The translations under genes were made by a program, and so were the position numbers. DNA of 64,000 bases from a bacterium UBP11_UBA4055 (GTDB lineage: Bacteria; UBA4055). Below the pieces are notes generated by a model. It was not told the origin of the DNA and made no database searches. It worked only from the letters and a program-made list of their open reading frames with translations. Positions within the stretch are counted from its first letter, which is position 1. The number at the start of each line of letters is the position of its first letter. The stretch lies in contig DFZN01000059.1 of NCBI GenBank assembly GCA_002382735.1, forward strand, positions 1 to 64,000, in the 5' to 3' direction. This document shows positions 28,887-40,500 of this stretch, piece after piece.

Positions 28887-29425
28887 TTTTCCACTCCTTC
28901 CGTAAATATGTCGTTCCCGTAAATGTCGTTCGCGACAATGCACGGAAAATTTTCAACTTCGAGCTTTCTGACAGCTTCATGACCGAGTTCTTCAAAAGCA
29001 ATAACTTCGCTGGACTTTACTGATCTCGAAATAACCACTGCCGCGCCGCCGACCGCTACAAGATAAACAGCTCTCCTTCTGACCATCGATTCGACCACGG
29101 ATTTATCCCTTGGGCCTTTTCCGATCGTTGCTTTCAATCCCTTTTCGAGAAGCTGCGGCGTGTAGGTGTCCATTCTGTAGCTCGAAGTCGGCCCTGCCGA
29201 GCCGATCGGTTTCCCTTCCGGTGCAGGAGCCGGTCCTGTATAATAAATTATCTGACCTTTAAGTTCAAAAGGCAGAGGTTCATCTTTTATGATCTTGTAT
29301 ATAAATCTCTTGTGAGCCTCGTCGCGCATCGCATAAACCGTTCCGGTAATAAAGACCCTGTCGCCTGTCCTCATGCTTGTAATGTCTTTGAGTTTTAATG
29401 GAGTATTTATGTAATGCGTTTTCAT
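28874..29425 (-). CDS. fumB: Class I (Fe-S) fumarate hydratase, beta subunit
   Basis: Matches the C-terminal domain of FumA/TtdB (ITGTVYAMRDEAHKR..., GPTSSYRMD, VAVGGAAV). Confidence 0.8.
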   Translation of the reverse strand: MKTHYINTPLKLKDITSMRTGDRVFITGTVYAMRDEAHKRFIYKIIKDEPLPFELKGQIIYYTGPAPAPEGKPIGSAGPTSSYRMDTYTPQLLEKGLKATIGKGPRDKSVVESMVRRRAVYLVAVGGAAVVISRSVKSSEVIAFEELGHEAVRKLEVENFPCIVANDIYGNDIFTEGVEKWKK

Positions 29426-29435
29426 TTTGCTTACC

Positions 29436-30284
29436 TTAAAGCGTTACCGTTCTGTGACGGTTGGCGTGGCACTGGATGTTAACGGCTACAGGCAGGCAGG
29501 CTATATGGCACGGCTCGACGAGGATGTGCACAGCAAGAGCGGTCACATTTCCGCCCAGCCCCTGAGGGCCTATTCCCGTCCGGTTGATATCTTCTAAGAT
29601 ATCGCTTTCGACCTTGGCCCAGTTCCTGTCGGTGCTCGGTTTGCCTATGTCTCTCAGTAGTGCAATCTTTGAAAGTATCGCGCTCCTTTCAAGATTTCCG
29701 CCTACGCCGATCCCCACGATTATGGGCGGGCAGGGTTTTCCGCCGCCCAAAACAACTTTCTCGAGAACGAATTTTTTTATCTCTTTAAGGCCGTCCGAAG
29801 CTCTGAGCATCCTGACTTCGCTCATGTTCTCGGCTCCGCTGCCTTTCGGCATCATCGTGATCTCCAGCTTTTTCCCCGATACTATCCTTGTATGTATCAC
29901 AGCGGGAGTATTGTCTTTAGTGTTTATCCTCTTGAAAACAGGGTCTTTTATCAGGGACTTTCTCAGACAACCTTCGGAATAGCCCTGCCTGACCCCTTCG
30001 TTAAGGGCTTCGTAGAAATTCCCTCCCGTTATGTGAACATCCTGACCGATCCTGACAAACAGGACCGCGACGCCGGTATCCTGACAGACGGCCATTCTCT
30101 CCTTTGCCGCCAGATCGTAATTCTCCAGTATTACCGAAAGGATCTCTTTTCCTGTTTCCGATTCTTCGATCTCAGAAAATTTTCTGATGCTGTCTTTGAG
30201 GTCTTCACCTACAAAATAATTGGCATCCATGCAGAGTTTTTTTACAGCGGCCGTTACTTCTCTGGATTTGATCTCTCTTCTCAC
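29436..30284 (-). CDS. fumA: Class I (Fe-S) fumarate hydratase, alpha subunit
   Basis: The CQDTGVAV cluster-ligand motif, plus a GIGPQGLGG motif. A two-subunit architecture as in Thermotoga and archaea. Confidence 0.8.
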   Translation of the reverse strand: MRREIKSREVTAAVKKLCMDANYFVGEDLKDSIRKFSEIEESETGKEILSVILENYDLAAKERMAVCQDTGVAVLFVRIGQDVHITGGNFYEALNEGVRQGYSEGCLRKSLIKDPVFKRINTKDNTPAVIHTRIVSGKKLEITMMPKGSGAENMSEVRMLRASDGLKEIKKFVLEKVVLGGGKPCPPIIVGIGVGGNLERSAILSKIALLRDIGKPSTDRNWAKVESDILEDINRTGIGPQGLGGNVTALAVHILVEPCHIACLPVAVNIQCHANRHRTVTL

Positions 30285-31162
30285 AGAACTTTCCCCGTAT
30301 TCTTTTTTCTCATTATGAGCCAGCTTCCCGCCGAAGAAAGCAGAAGACCGGCGAACAGGTTCGGCCTTATCTCTTCAGACAGAAAAACCACCGCGAATAT
30401 AGTCGCGACGGCGGGTTTGAACAAAAATACGAGAGACGAGGCTACAGGCCCTATTTTTTTAATGGCGGTAAGGAATGTGATATAGCTGATTGCCGTTACG
30501 AATATTCCAAGATAAAGCAGTTTAATTATCCTTACACCTGAATCGAACAGCTCGGGAGAAATGTTCAAAGACCCCGATATAAATAAATACAAAGCGATGA
30601 AAGCCGTACCGAACGCGAAAGAATAAATGTTCACGATTATAGGTCTCCGTTCTCTTACCGCTCTTTTATTAATGATCGTGAAGAATGCGAAGGAAACTGC
30701 TCCCGCCAGTGCGAAAAGCGAACCCTTTTCTATAACAAAACTGCTGAAATCCTTTATCACGACCGCTGCAATTCCAAGTATCCCGAGTATAAAACCTGCA
30801 GTTCTCCTGAAGGATATCGTTTCGTGTTTTCTTATCAGAGAAAGTATGTAAACAAATATAGGATTAGATGAGATTATCAATGCCACGACTGCCGGCTCCC
30901 CATATTTGATGGCGTATTGAAGCATGGTCATCGAAAAAAAGATATTTATGAACCCCAGTAAAGCGAAAAGCGAATAATCTTTATATTTAAGACCCTTAAG
31001 ATCTTTTGCCGCACCTGTAAAAAAGGCATAGATCAATAGGCCTATAAGCCCGATGAAGAACCTGAAGAAAGTCATCTCGAACGGCCCCAGGTAACTCATG
31101 AGATCCTTCGACACGACTTCTATCGAACTGAAGAATATTAAGGTTACAAGAAAATAGAACAA
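30281..31162 (-). CDS. DMT-superfamily (EamA-like) transporter
   Basis: About 10 TM segments in two EamA repeats. Overlaps the fumA start by 4 nt, so it is co-transcribed with fumarase and malic enzyme. Confidence 0.7.
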   Translation of the reverse strand: MFYFLVTLIFFSSIEVVSKDLMSYLGPFEMTFFRFFIGLIGLLIYAFFTGAAKDLKGLKYKDYSLFALLGFINIFFSMTMLQYAIKYGEPAVVALIISSNPIFVYILSLIRKHETISFRRTAGFILGILGIAAVVIKDFSSFVIEKGSLFALAGAVSFAFFTIINKRAVRERRPIIVNIYSFAFGTAFIALYLFISGSLNISPELFDSGVRIIKLLYLGIFVTAISYITFLTAIKKIGPVASSLVFLFKPAVATIFAVVFLSEEIRPNLFAGLLLSSAGSWLIMRKKNTGKVL

Positions 31163-31280
31163 TTAATACCTCTTGAAAATTAAACCTTAAAAGTAATACA
31201 AAAAAACATATAATTCAATTTCTTTATTTACGAAAAAAACTTATATTAACGGGAGAATAAAACACAAAAAGGAGGACTTT

Positions 31281-32180
31281 ATGGCAGTCAGCGGATTTAA
31301 ACAATTCAAGGTAGCACTCATTGTTCTGGTAGTACTGATAGTTGTACTTTTCGGTAAAAGATTTTTTATCAGTATAGAAGCGGGGCATGTCGGTGTCGCC
31401 ACTCTATTCGGTGAAGTTCAGGAAAAAGTATATGATGAAGGACTTAACATACCCGTTAACCCTCTTTACAGGTGGAATATATACGATGTGAGGGAAAAAA
31501 CTCACCTTGAACAGGCACAGGTACCTACACAGGACCAGCTGCAGACAAGCGTCGATGTGAGCGTTCAGTTCAGGCTCATGGCTGAAAGTACTCCGGAAAT
31601 TATGAGGTCTACCGGTCAGTTCGAGGATGTTCTGAGGATACATATCGTACCGAAGCTTCGTTCGATCATAAGGGAGCAGGGAAAATCAATCAAAAGAGCT
31701 GAAGACTTTTTTACGGACGAGACCCAGACATTTCTTGAAACATCTCTTCTGTCCGGCCTCAGAGAATATCTTGAGCCAAAAGGAGTTGAGGTAAGCGCAG
31801 TGCTTATAAGGGATATCACCCTTCCAAAGTTCATTACGATAGCGATAGAGAAGAAAAAGGAAAGAGAACAGGAAGTAGAAAAACAGAAAGCAGAGCTCGA
31901 AAGATTCAAGACCGAGCAGCAGCAGAAGATCGCTCAGGCGGAAGCGGAAAGAACAGCTGCTTCAATGGACGCTGAAAAGATCATACTTCTGGCAGATGCC
32001 GAAGCCTACAGGATCTCCGCAATAAATAAATCAATAGCCAATAACACCAATTACATCAAACTTCAGGCTCTCGAAGCTTTAAAGGCGATCTCTAAAGACG
32101 ACAATGCTAAAATTTATTTCCTGAACGGGGACAGTCCCAACCCGCTCCCTTTGATGAACATCGGCGATACAAAAAAATGA
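31281..32180 (+). CDS. SPFH/band-7 (prohibitin/stomatin-like) membrane protein
   Basis: N-terminal TM segment, an SPFH core (HVGVATLFGEV...) and a C-terminal coiled coil (EKKKEREQEVEKQKAELERFKTEQQQKIAQAEAE). Confidence 0.75.
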   Translation: MAVSGFKQFKVALIVLVVLIVVLFGKRFFISIEAGHVGVATLFGEVQEKVYDEGLNIPVNPLYRWNIYDVREKTHLEQAQVPTQDQLQTSVDVSVQFRLMAESTPEIMRSTGQFEDVLRIHIVPKLRSIIREQGKSIKRAEDFFTDETQTFLETSLLSGLREYLEPKGVEVSAVLIRDITLPKFITIAIEKKKEREQEVEKQKAELERFKTEQQQKIAQAEAERTAASMDAEKIILLADAEAYRISAINKSIANNTNYIKLQALEALKAISKDDNAKIYFLNGDSPNPLPLMNIGDTKK

Positions 32181-32365
32181 GACTGACAAAATCTAAAAAG
32201 AACTCAATGCTCTTCGGAGTATGCGGCGGAATAGCGGAATGGCTCGACTGGGATCCGACCGTGGTAAGGATAGGTTATGTTCTGGCATCGATATTCAGTG
32301 CGGCTTTTCCAGGCATTCTGATATATATACTGCTGATATTCATTATGCCCGAGTCGGACGAATAA
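32177..32365 (+). CDS. PspC-domain small membrane protein
   Basis: LFGVCGGIAEWLDWDPTVVRIGYVL matches the PspC N-terminal domain. One C-terminal TM segment. Overlaps the SPFH gene by 4 nt. Confidence 0.6.
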   Translation: MRLTKSKKNSMLFGVCGGIAEWLDWDPTVVRIGYVLASIFSAAFPGILIYILLIFIMPESDE

Positions 32366-32472
32366 CATACGGGTTTCTCACATATATTATAATTAAATAA
32401 TTTCTTGACTAAAACCGTCAAAAAAATTATTTTTGGTAACTTTATCGGAATAATTATTTAACGGAGCCTGAA

Positions 32473-33378
32473 ATGCCTATCACAAAACTTGAACAGATGT
32501 TCGAGATCCTCAAATCAAAACCAAAGAAAAGACTTGTCGCGGCATATGCTGTTGATGCTCACACGATCGAAGCAGTTAATGCTGCAGTTGAACTTGGAAT
32601 AATCGAAGCGACTCTAGTCGGAACCCGCGCAGAAATAGAAAAAGTCTGCAAATCTGAAGGAATTGATGTCAACAAATTCCGGATAGTAGAAGAAAGCGAT
32701 GAGATGAAAGCGACCATGAAAGCAGTTTCTCTGATAAACGAGGGAAAAGCAGATTTTATAATGAAAGGCCTGGTCAGCTCTGATAAATACATGAGAGCGA
32801 TCCTCAACAAGGAACAGGGACTTCTGCCTCCAAAAGCTATTTTGAGCCATGTAACAGTTATCGAAGTCCCGACTTACCATAAGCTTATAACGGTAGGCGA
32901 TGTGGCTATTATTCCCGCTCCCGACCTGTCCCAAAAGGTCGCGATCACGAACTATGTCATAAATACGGCTCACGCTCTTGGGATTGAGAAACCTAAGGTC
33001 GCTATGATCGCTGCCACCGAGCAGATGTCGGTCGGTATGCCGGCGGTCGTTGATGCGGCGATAATATCAAAAATGTGCGACCGCGGTCAGATAAAGAATG
33101 CTTTAGTTGATGGTCCTTTGGCGCTTGATGTGGCTCTTGACGAGGAGAGCGTTAAGATCAAAAAACTGGTGAGTTCTGTAGCAGGCGATGCCGACTGCCT
33201 GGTTTTCCCGAACATCGAGTCCGGAAATGTGTTCTTCAAGACCTGCACCAAACTTGCCGGAGGCGAACTTGCCGCACTGGTAGTCGGAGCTAAATGCCCC
33301 GCAGTTCTTACATCGAGAGGCGACAGCGCAAAGACAAAGACATATTCTATCGCGCTTGCATGCATGATGGTGAAATAA
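32473..33378 (+). CDS. ptb: Phosphate butyryltransferase
   Basis: A roughly 300-aa PTA/PTB-fold protein aligned along its length with Ptb (KRLVAAYAVD..., FIMKG, SHV..IEV, NISGN-like region). Confidence 0.8.
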   Translation: MPITKLEQMFEILKSKPKKRLVAAYAVDAHTIEAVNAAVELGIIEATLVGTRAEIEKVCKSEGIDVNKFRIVEESDEMKATMKAVSLINEGKADFIMKGLVSSDKYMRAILNKEQGLLPPKAILSHVTVIEVPTYHKLITVGDVAIIPAPDLSQKVAITNYVINTAHALGIEKPKVAMIAATEQMSVGMPAVVDAAIISKMCDRGQIKNALVDGPLALDVALDEESVKIKKLVSSVAGDADCLVFPNIESGNVFFKTCTKLAGGELAALVVGAKCPAVLTSRGDSAKTKTYSIALACMMVK

Positions 33379-33404
33379 ATTTGAAAATAAATAAGGGAGA
33401 GGAA

Positions 33405-34481
33405 ATGCAAATTAACAGGATCCTGGCAATAAACCCGGGCTCAACATCAACAAAGATCGCAGTTTATGACGGTGAAAAACTCGTGTTTCTGAAAAATATC
33501 AAGCACTCAGTGGATGATCTCGCGCCTTTCAAAAAAATTATTGACCAGTATGATTTCAGAAAAGAAGTGATACTTAAAGAGCTCAAGGACGCAGAAATTG
33601 AATTGGATAAGATCAAGATCGTGGTCGGCAGAGGCGGACTGGTCAAACCTGTGCCCTCGGGAGTTTTCAAAGTGAACGAGCAGATGAAAGCGGATATAAA
33701 GAGCAGCAACAAGGACCACGCTTCGAATCTCGGATGTTTCATAGCGGAAGATATTGCCCGGTCACTTAAGAACGGAGCCATAGCCGTAATAGCCGATCCG
33801 GTAGTTGTTGATGAGTTGGACGATGTTGCAAGAATAGCCGGCCATCCTCTGTTTAAAAGAGTGTCAATATTTCACGCCCTGAACCAGAAAGCCGTAGCAA
33901 GAAGATATGCTAAGAGCGTGAACAAAAAATACGAAGAAGTGAATGTGATCGTCGCACACCTCGGCGGAGGAATTTCGGTAGGCGCGCACAGAAAAGGAAG
34001 GGTAGTCGATGTGAACCAGGCTCTTGACGGCGAAGGACCTTTCAGCCCAGAAAGAAGCGGGACACTTCCCGCCGGCGATGTCTGCGCAATGGCTTTCAGC
34101 GGAAAATACACTCATGAGGAAATGAAGCTGATGTTCAAGGGCAAAGGCGGATTCGCGGCATATCTCGGTACAAATGATGCCTATGAAGTGGAAAAAAGAT
34201 GCCTCGCAGGAGACAAAGAAGCAATAAAGATACATGACGCTCTGGTCTATCAGGTCGCAAAATCCATCGGAGAACTTTCAACTGTACTTAAAGGTGAAGT
34301 TGACGCCATCATTCTTACGGGCGGGATAGCTTTTAACCCCGATTTCAACAAACAGATCGAGGAAAGAACTGCTTGGATCGCTCCGGTAGTCGTTTATCCC
34401 GGAGAAGATGAAATGGGCGCTCTTGCAAGTAACGGGCTGATGGTCATCAATAAAGAAGTGGAACCTATTGACTATAAATGA
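33405..34481 (+). CDS. buk: Butyrate kinase
   Basis: ILAINPGSTSTKIAVYDG is the ASKHA N-terminal motif. VAHLGGGISV and ILTGGIAFN are also present. The start is ATG 33405 with SD AAGGGAGAGG; the ORF-track start is further upstream. Confidence 0.9.
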   Translation: MQINRILAINPGSTSTKIAVYDGEKLVFLKNIKHSVDDLAPFKKIIDQYDFRKEVILKELKDAEIELDKIKIVVGRGGLVKPVPSGVFKVNEQMKADIKSSNKDHASNLGCFIAEDIARSLKNGAIAVIADPVVVDELDDVARIAGHPLFKRVSIFHALNQKAVARRYAKSVNKKYEEVNVIVAHLGGGISVGAHRKGRVVDVNQALDGEGPFSPERSGTLPAGDVCAMAFSGKYTHEEMKLMFKGKGGFAAYLGTNDAYEVEKRCLAGDKEAIKIHDALVYQVAKSIGELSTVLKGEVDAIILTGGIAFNPDFNKQIEERTAWIAPVVVYPGEDEMGALASNGLMVINKEVEPIDYK

Positions 34482-34526
34482 TTTTAAGATCAGACTTTTT
34501 ATGCCCCGGAATCCGGGGCTTTTTTA

Positions 34527-37500
34527 TTACCGCACGGCGAGCTTGAAATTCGCCCAGTAATAAGGGTGAGGATCGAAGTATGTCCTCACATCCCGTTTTG
34601 CCTGAGCGAGTGCTTCAGGCACAGGGAGGCCGGCCGCGACATTCCTGAAATAGCGCTTCATCAGAACAGAAGCTGCCAAGTCGTCCGTGCGCCATTTGCT
34701 TGAAATGACGCTCTTTGCGCCGGCTTCAAAGAAGGCGGCCGTCAGGTCGAAGTGTGAATAATATTCATCTCCCGACCTTCCGCCGGTATCGCATCCCGAC
34801 AGGATGACCGTTTTACCGTTCATATCGGATTGGCTTATCTCTTTCCAGTCAGTCTTGCCGTCGTTATTGTCGTCGGCCGAAAGCTGAATGTAGCTCGACC
34901 TTCCTGAAGCCGCGAGGGAGTCTTTTTTCAGAACGAAACTGTGTACGGGAAGGTGGATCATTCCGTACTGTTCTGCGGCGGCCGATCTTAAAAGCGATTC
35001 CGTCGCATCCGTCCCAGTGACGAGTTTTGTATTGTTCAGAAAATCCGACAACGATCCTGCTTCCCTTTTTGCGAAAACAAGGTCGCTTTCGGCAGTAAAA
35101 GGGTCAAATAAAGATAATGCATGAGTGGTCATGTCGGATTCAGGGAATTTTTTTCCGGATGATAATCTGTCTGTCTCAGTCAGGCTGAATCTGTCGCACA
35201 GGAACATTTTTCCGTCGTATAAGGCGTCAAAGGGATAGTTTTTGAGGCTTCCGGTGGAATATATTATCAGGTTCGTTATTCCGGACAGATTGTCTGTTGC
35301 TTCTTTGACGAATATCCTTTCATAGACTTTTTTTGATGCGCTTAAAAATTCCCCCTTTGATTCGATATTTGCCGGCAGATCCCCGAATTCTTTTGTTATG
35401 GAAAGTCCGAAAGACACCACCTTATTTCGAGTAATGACAACAGTGATCCCTTCCTTCCCGTGAGGCTGGAGTATGAGCAGCGCAGTTTTATTATCGAGCG
35501 ATGCCTGTATTTCTCCGATGCCGGATGTATTTTCATCTTTCGACGATATTTTTGGTGAAAGGGAAAAATATTTCAGATCGTTCGATCTTATCAGCCTGTC
35601 ACGGGCGCTCATTTCCGAAACAGCTTCATCGATTTTTGAATCCTTAAGCAGCAGGTATATTTTTTTCTCATAACCCTTAAGTATGACCGGCATCTGATCT
35701 GAAGGAAGCTGATTTACACTGCGGCTGACGAGACTGTCGGCTTTTTCTGTCAGCTTATCCAGGATCGAAAGAGCCGTCTCAGGCGATCTTTTTTCGTTAA
35801 GCCCGGCCAGGCTGAGCGCGGACTCGAGGAACACATCGCTAAATCCTGACTTTTCTGAAAGTTCCAGGCTTTTTTCAATGTAAACCATACCTGAGTCCGT
35901 TCTGTTCAGGGCAAGTAACGATGAGCCTTTGCCGTAAAGTGCTCTGGCCGTAAAATAACCGTCCCCGGCATCTTTTGAAAGTCCGATGCAATTTGAGTAG
36001 CTTATAAGAGCACTGTCAGGCATATTTTTAAGATCAAGAGCTATCTCGCCCCTGTAAAACTCCGCTGATATCACGGCCTGAACATTATCTGTCTTGAGTG
36101 CCAGTTCGATGCTTTTTGAAAGATTCTTTTGCGCGCCTGTAACATCATTCTCGAGTATCATAATCTTGGCCAAGTTCACTCTTGCTGTGCTTTCAGTGAA
36201 CTCATCTGAATTCTCTATCGTTTTCTCGAGCGCTTTATAGGAATAAGTCCTTGCGGCGGGAATATTATTGAGTTTTACCTCTACCAGGCTGCGGGTATTG
36301 TATATTCTCATTTTCTCGCCGTCGTCCGCTGCGCTTTTTTCTGCCAGCGCGAGATATTTCAGCGCGGAAGAAAGCCTGTCGGTATAATAACAAACATCAG
36401 CTATACTTATATAAACAGGTACTTTCCGCGCTTCGCTGTCAAAATACTCCAGAGATTCAAAAAAAAGCTCTTCGGCTTTGGAGTATTCCGGTATTTTCAT
36501 ATAGCACAGCCCCGCCGACACAAGAAGTTCGCCGAAGGACTCCGCGCTCACATCTTCGAAAAGTTCAAGGTTGCTGTTTATCGAGTTGTAAACTGACAGT
36601 GCGGAATCCGTCTCGTTCGCCCTGTAATAGCTTACCATGATGTTCCTGAGAGAATTGAACAGCAGTTCGCTCTCTTTTGCGCCTGCTTCATCCGGAAGAA
36701 TATCTAGTTCTCCCGAGCTGAGAAGGCCTGTTCTTTCAAGGTATTTCCTTTTGTACTCGATACTTCTTTTATGATCGCCTTTGTACGAATATATCACAGA
36801 AAGCATATCGAAGACCGCATTTTTATCCTCATCCTGAGCTGAAGGATCGGAAATTATCATATTCTGGAACTCAATACTTTTGTCGTAATCCTTATTCCTG
36901 AAATAATCCTTCGACACGGAATCGTAAGCCTGTATCTTCTCTTTGTCGAGTGAATTATCTTCAGCGTATTTTATAAGCTCAAACCCGTAACTTACAGCCC
37001 TTTTATAGTCTTTGATCTTAGAAAGAGAACTTATGAGTGTTTTAAGTATGTTCAGTTCCTGTTTGTCGCCGACATTCCTTGCCATCGCGAGAGCCTGTAT
37101 AAAATGTACGGCCGCTTTTTCATAGACCCTGCTGTTGTAATATCTTACTGCGTCCATAAGTGAACTTCTGAGGTTGGATGAGGCGAATTCCTTCTGCTCT
37201 TCTTTGTCCATTCCCGAAAGGCCGAAGACAGTGCATTCTATCCCGCTCTCCTTAATGATCGCAGCAATACTCTTTTCCGCTGCTTCTGTCCGGAGTTTCT
37301 CAGCCAGCACGGCCGCGTTCCCGTCTGCACTGTCCGTGCACATAATGACCGTCTGCACGCCGGCGAATATCATGCTGTTGGCCATTATAAGCTTTTCCAT
37401 ACAGTCCTTTCCTGTCTCGCCTGTTAAAACGGCATATGCGGGTATTTTGTACTTCAGAATATCTTTAACCCTGATAGTGTTGCCTCCGAATGACAGGGAC

Positions 37501-40500
37501 TTTTCAAGCGCGTTCACTGCACCTGACCCTACAGGATCGTCAAAGTAAATGATACCGCCGTTCTCGAATGCGGGAGCCATGTCTTCGCTTTTAACCCTTA
37601 TCTCCGATGCTTTCTTGAACTCGGAATAGTTGATATTGGCGTTCTCCGTAACAGTCTTTAAGCTCCTGACGGTAGGAATAAGAGTCACTATCAGGTGGTC
37701 AGGAATATATCCCGAGCTCATTGAGTGACCCGCGAACGAACCGTTGTCAGGATCCGGTATTATGAAAAGGTGTTCAGTTTCTTCAAGCTCGCTCGAGAAT
37801 ATCTCATAGATCTTTTCAGCCTCGCCGGGCGCGGTTTCAGCGAATCTGGTATATCCTGCCCTCCTCAGAAAATAAAGGTCTCTGTCAGGCATCGAGTAAA
37901 TGCTCAGAACAGCTTTGTATTCCCCCGTTATCTCATCAAGGGCATCTTCGTCTATGTCCTCTATGCTGACGAACTGAAGCAGCCTCTCATCGTTCGATCT
38001 TTTTATCTGGCTGAATATCTCATCAAGCTCTTTTTCATAAAAATCAGCCTGTTTTTCGTATTCTTCAATAGTTTTTGCATATTTTACGGGATCTTTATTC
38101 CTCATAATTTCCGCATTCTGCCTGTAACGGATTATCTCTTCGTTGTTGAACCTGATCTTTTTAATATGGATCTGATGGAGCTGTTCTTTATAGTCGATAT
38201 ACCTGCTGGAGTAATAATTGAGAAGGATCCTGCTTTTATACCTTTCGGCGAAGTTCATAGCGGCGAACATATCGTTCTTTTTTAAATATCCCGATATCAG
38301 CCTGTCATAAAGAGGTCTTATGTCTTCTCTCCAGCCGGTCACGAGCTCATAATCCGCGGTAGAAGGAAGATATTCCGAGAGAAGTTTTTCTGATCCTGCC
38401 CAGTATTCGAGCTTTCGATCAGGTTCAGATGCTATGTCGCCCGCCCTAAGCAGATATCTCCATTTAAGAAGTTTATCACGCGTGAGGTCTGAATATGCCC
38501 TTCCGTTCACAAAAACCTTAATAGAACGCTCAAGGTCGCCGCTTTCGTGAAGAGCTGCGGCAAGGTTGAACAGTATCGCCGCGGAGATCCTGTTCTTCCG
38601 TTCGGACGATCTTTTTACGGCTGATATGACAGAGTCAGCAGCCGTCAGGTCCCTTATTGATCTGTCAAGATATTTGAAAGCCTGATATTTTTCTGCAGGC
38701 TGTCCCGTGATCAGAGTTTTGAACAGCGAGTAATTCATGACACCTTTAAGGTTCAGATTCTCTGCCCTGCTGAAAACATCCGAGGCTGTCTTTGAGACCG
38801 AAAGGACTGTCGTATCGGACGCTGCGGAGGAAAGACCGGATAATTTCATTATTTGTGATCCGCTCAGCATAGCCTTCAGGATATTATTCTCGTTCTCCAG
38901 TGCGGCACCGTAGAGCTCAAGTTCAAGGCAGGCTTTTTTCGAATTCTCGAACCTCTTTACGCTCTCTTCCCAGTTCTTTCTGTAATATTCAACGATACCG
39001 AGCCTGTTCTCTATCAGGCTGAGCGCTAGTCTGTTTCCCTTTTTTCTGAACACTTCGGCTTTATTTTTGAGATATTCGCTGACTTTGTTGAAGTCTTTTA
39101 TGAAATGATAGTTCGACGCCTGCATGGCGTATAAGAGCGCAAGTTCGTCCGTTCCTTCAAATCCTTCTGAATACTGCGAACCTATGACCAGATCCAGCTT
39201 CCATACCGGGATATCAAGTCCCAGAAAATTCAGTACTATCATGTTATTTCTGGTTCTTTCATCAGTAAAATCCGGCTCGTTGTCAAATATTTCATCTATG
39301 ATCTTTGCTGAGGCTGTATATTCCTGATCGACAAGCTTCGCGAAGGCGCTGTTCCTCTTTATCAGGCTGACCGCCTCAGGATTGTCCTCGCTTTTCAGCT
39401 TGAGAATTATCTCGGAATACCTGTTGAAAGCTTCGTCACCGCCTATCATGTCGCCCTCCTTATCCTCTTTAGTGAGATAAAGAAGCGCCGTTCTCATTGA
39501 TACTCTAAGCTCGCCTTTCCTGTCGTTGATATTCCCGTACAGCTCAAGCGCTTTGTCATAATATTCGACTGCAGCGTCATCATCGGCGGTGAACATGCAA
39601 TGTCCCGTCCGTTCATAGATCATCGCTTTCTGCAGAGAGGACGAAAATTCATATCCGCCGTTTATGACTTCCAGATAATAGAAAAGAGCCTGCTTCCTGG
39701 CGTATTCACCCATATTATAATAATTGTTGGCCAGATTGAGCTTCATTTTCATTTCAAGTTCCCTGTCGCTTTCTTTCTGACAGAGGATAAGGCCTTTTCC
39801 GAGAAGGGTTATAGCGGTCTCCGTATGGTCTGTATCCGTATCTTCGATAATATTGACTGTTTCAAGAATAAATTTGAACGGTCCGGTTATGTAGTCCAGC
39901 GTTTTTAGAAAAAAGTTCCTGTCATCACCGTCCGACTCCTCCTTCATCCTGATCAGATGAAGAGCCTCGTGGCAGAATGAAAGTGTGAGATAGGCATGCT
40001 TAAGGCCGCTGTCGAGTTCGAGTGCTCTGTTCAGGTAATTCACGGCTTCGTTCATGTCCCTTTTTACCGCACCTTTGAGCGAGTAAGAGTAGCCCATCGC
40101 ATAATTCAAATACGCATCGTTGGTGTTCCTGTTGTATAGATTTGAAAAGAACCTGATCGCTTCATCCGTTTTGTTGAGGTTTGAGTACGAGTCAGCTATA
40201 CCTCTGATGATCTCTGCGTTCCTGTTGTCCAGTTCATAGGCTGTTGTGTAGGTTAGAAGTGCGTTGTCGTAAAGCTTGCGGGAGTTGAATTTCTCTGCTC
40301 GTTCCAGATATATTTCAGAGAGCTTTATTCCTGCGGCGATCGAATAGAGGTCATAGTCGATCCCTCTATAACTGGCCGTCATATATTTCAGCAGGCCTTC
40401 CGATTCGTCCTCATAACCGTTTTCTGCCAGAATTTCGGAAAGTTTCAGATCTGCCCGGGCGGAAAATCTCTTCAGCGTAACATTATCGGGTCTTTTAACA

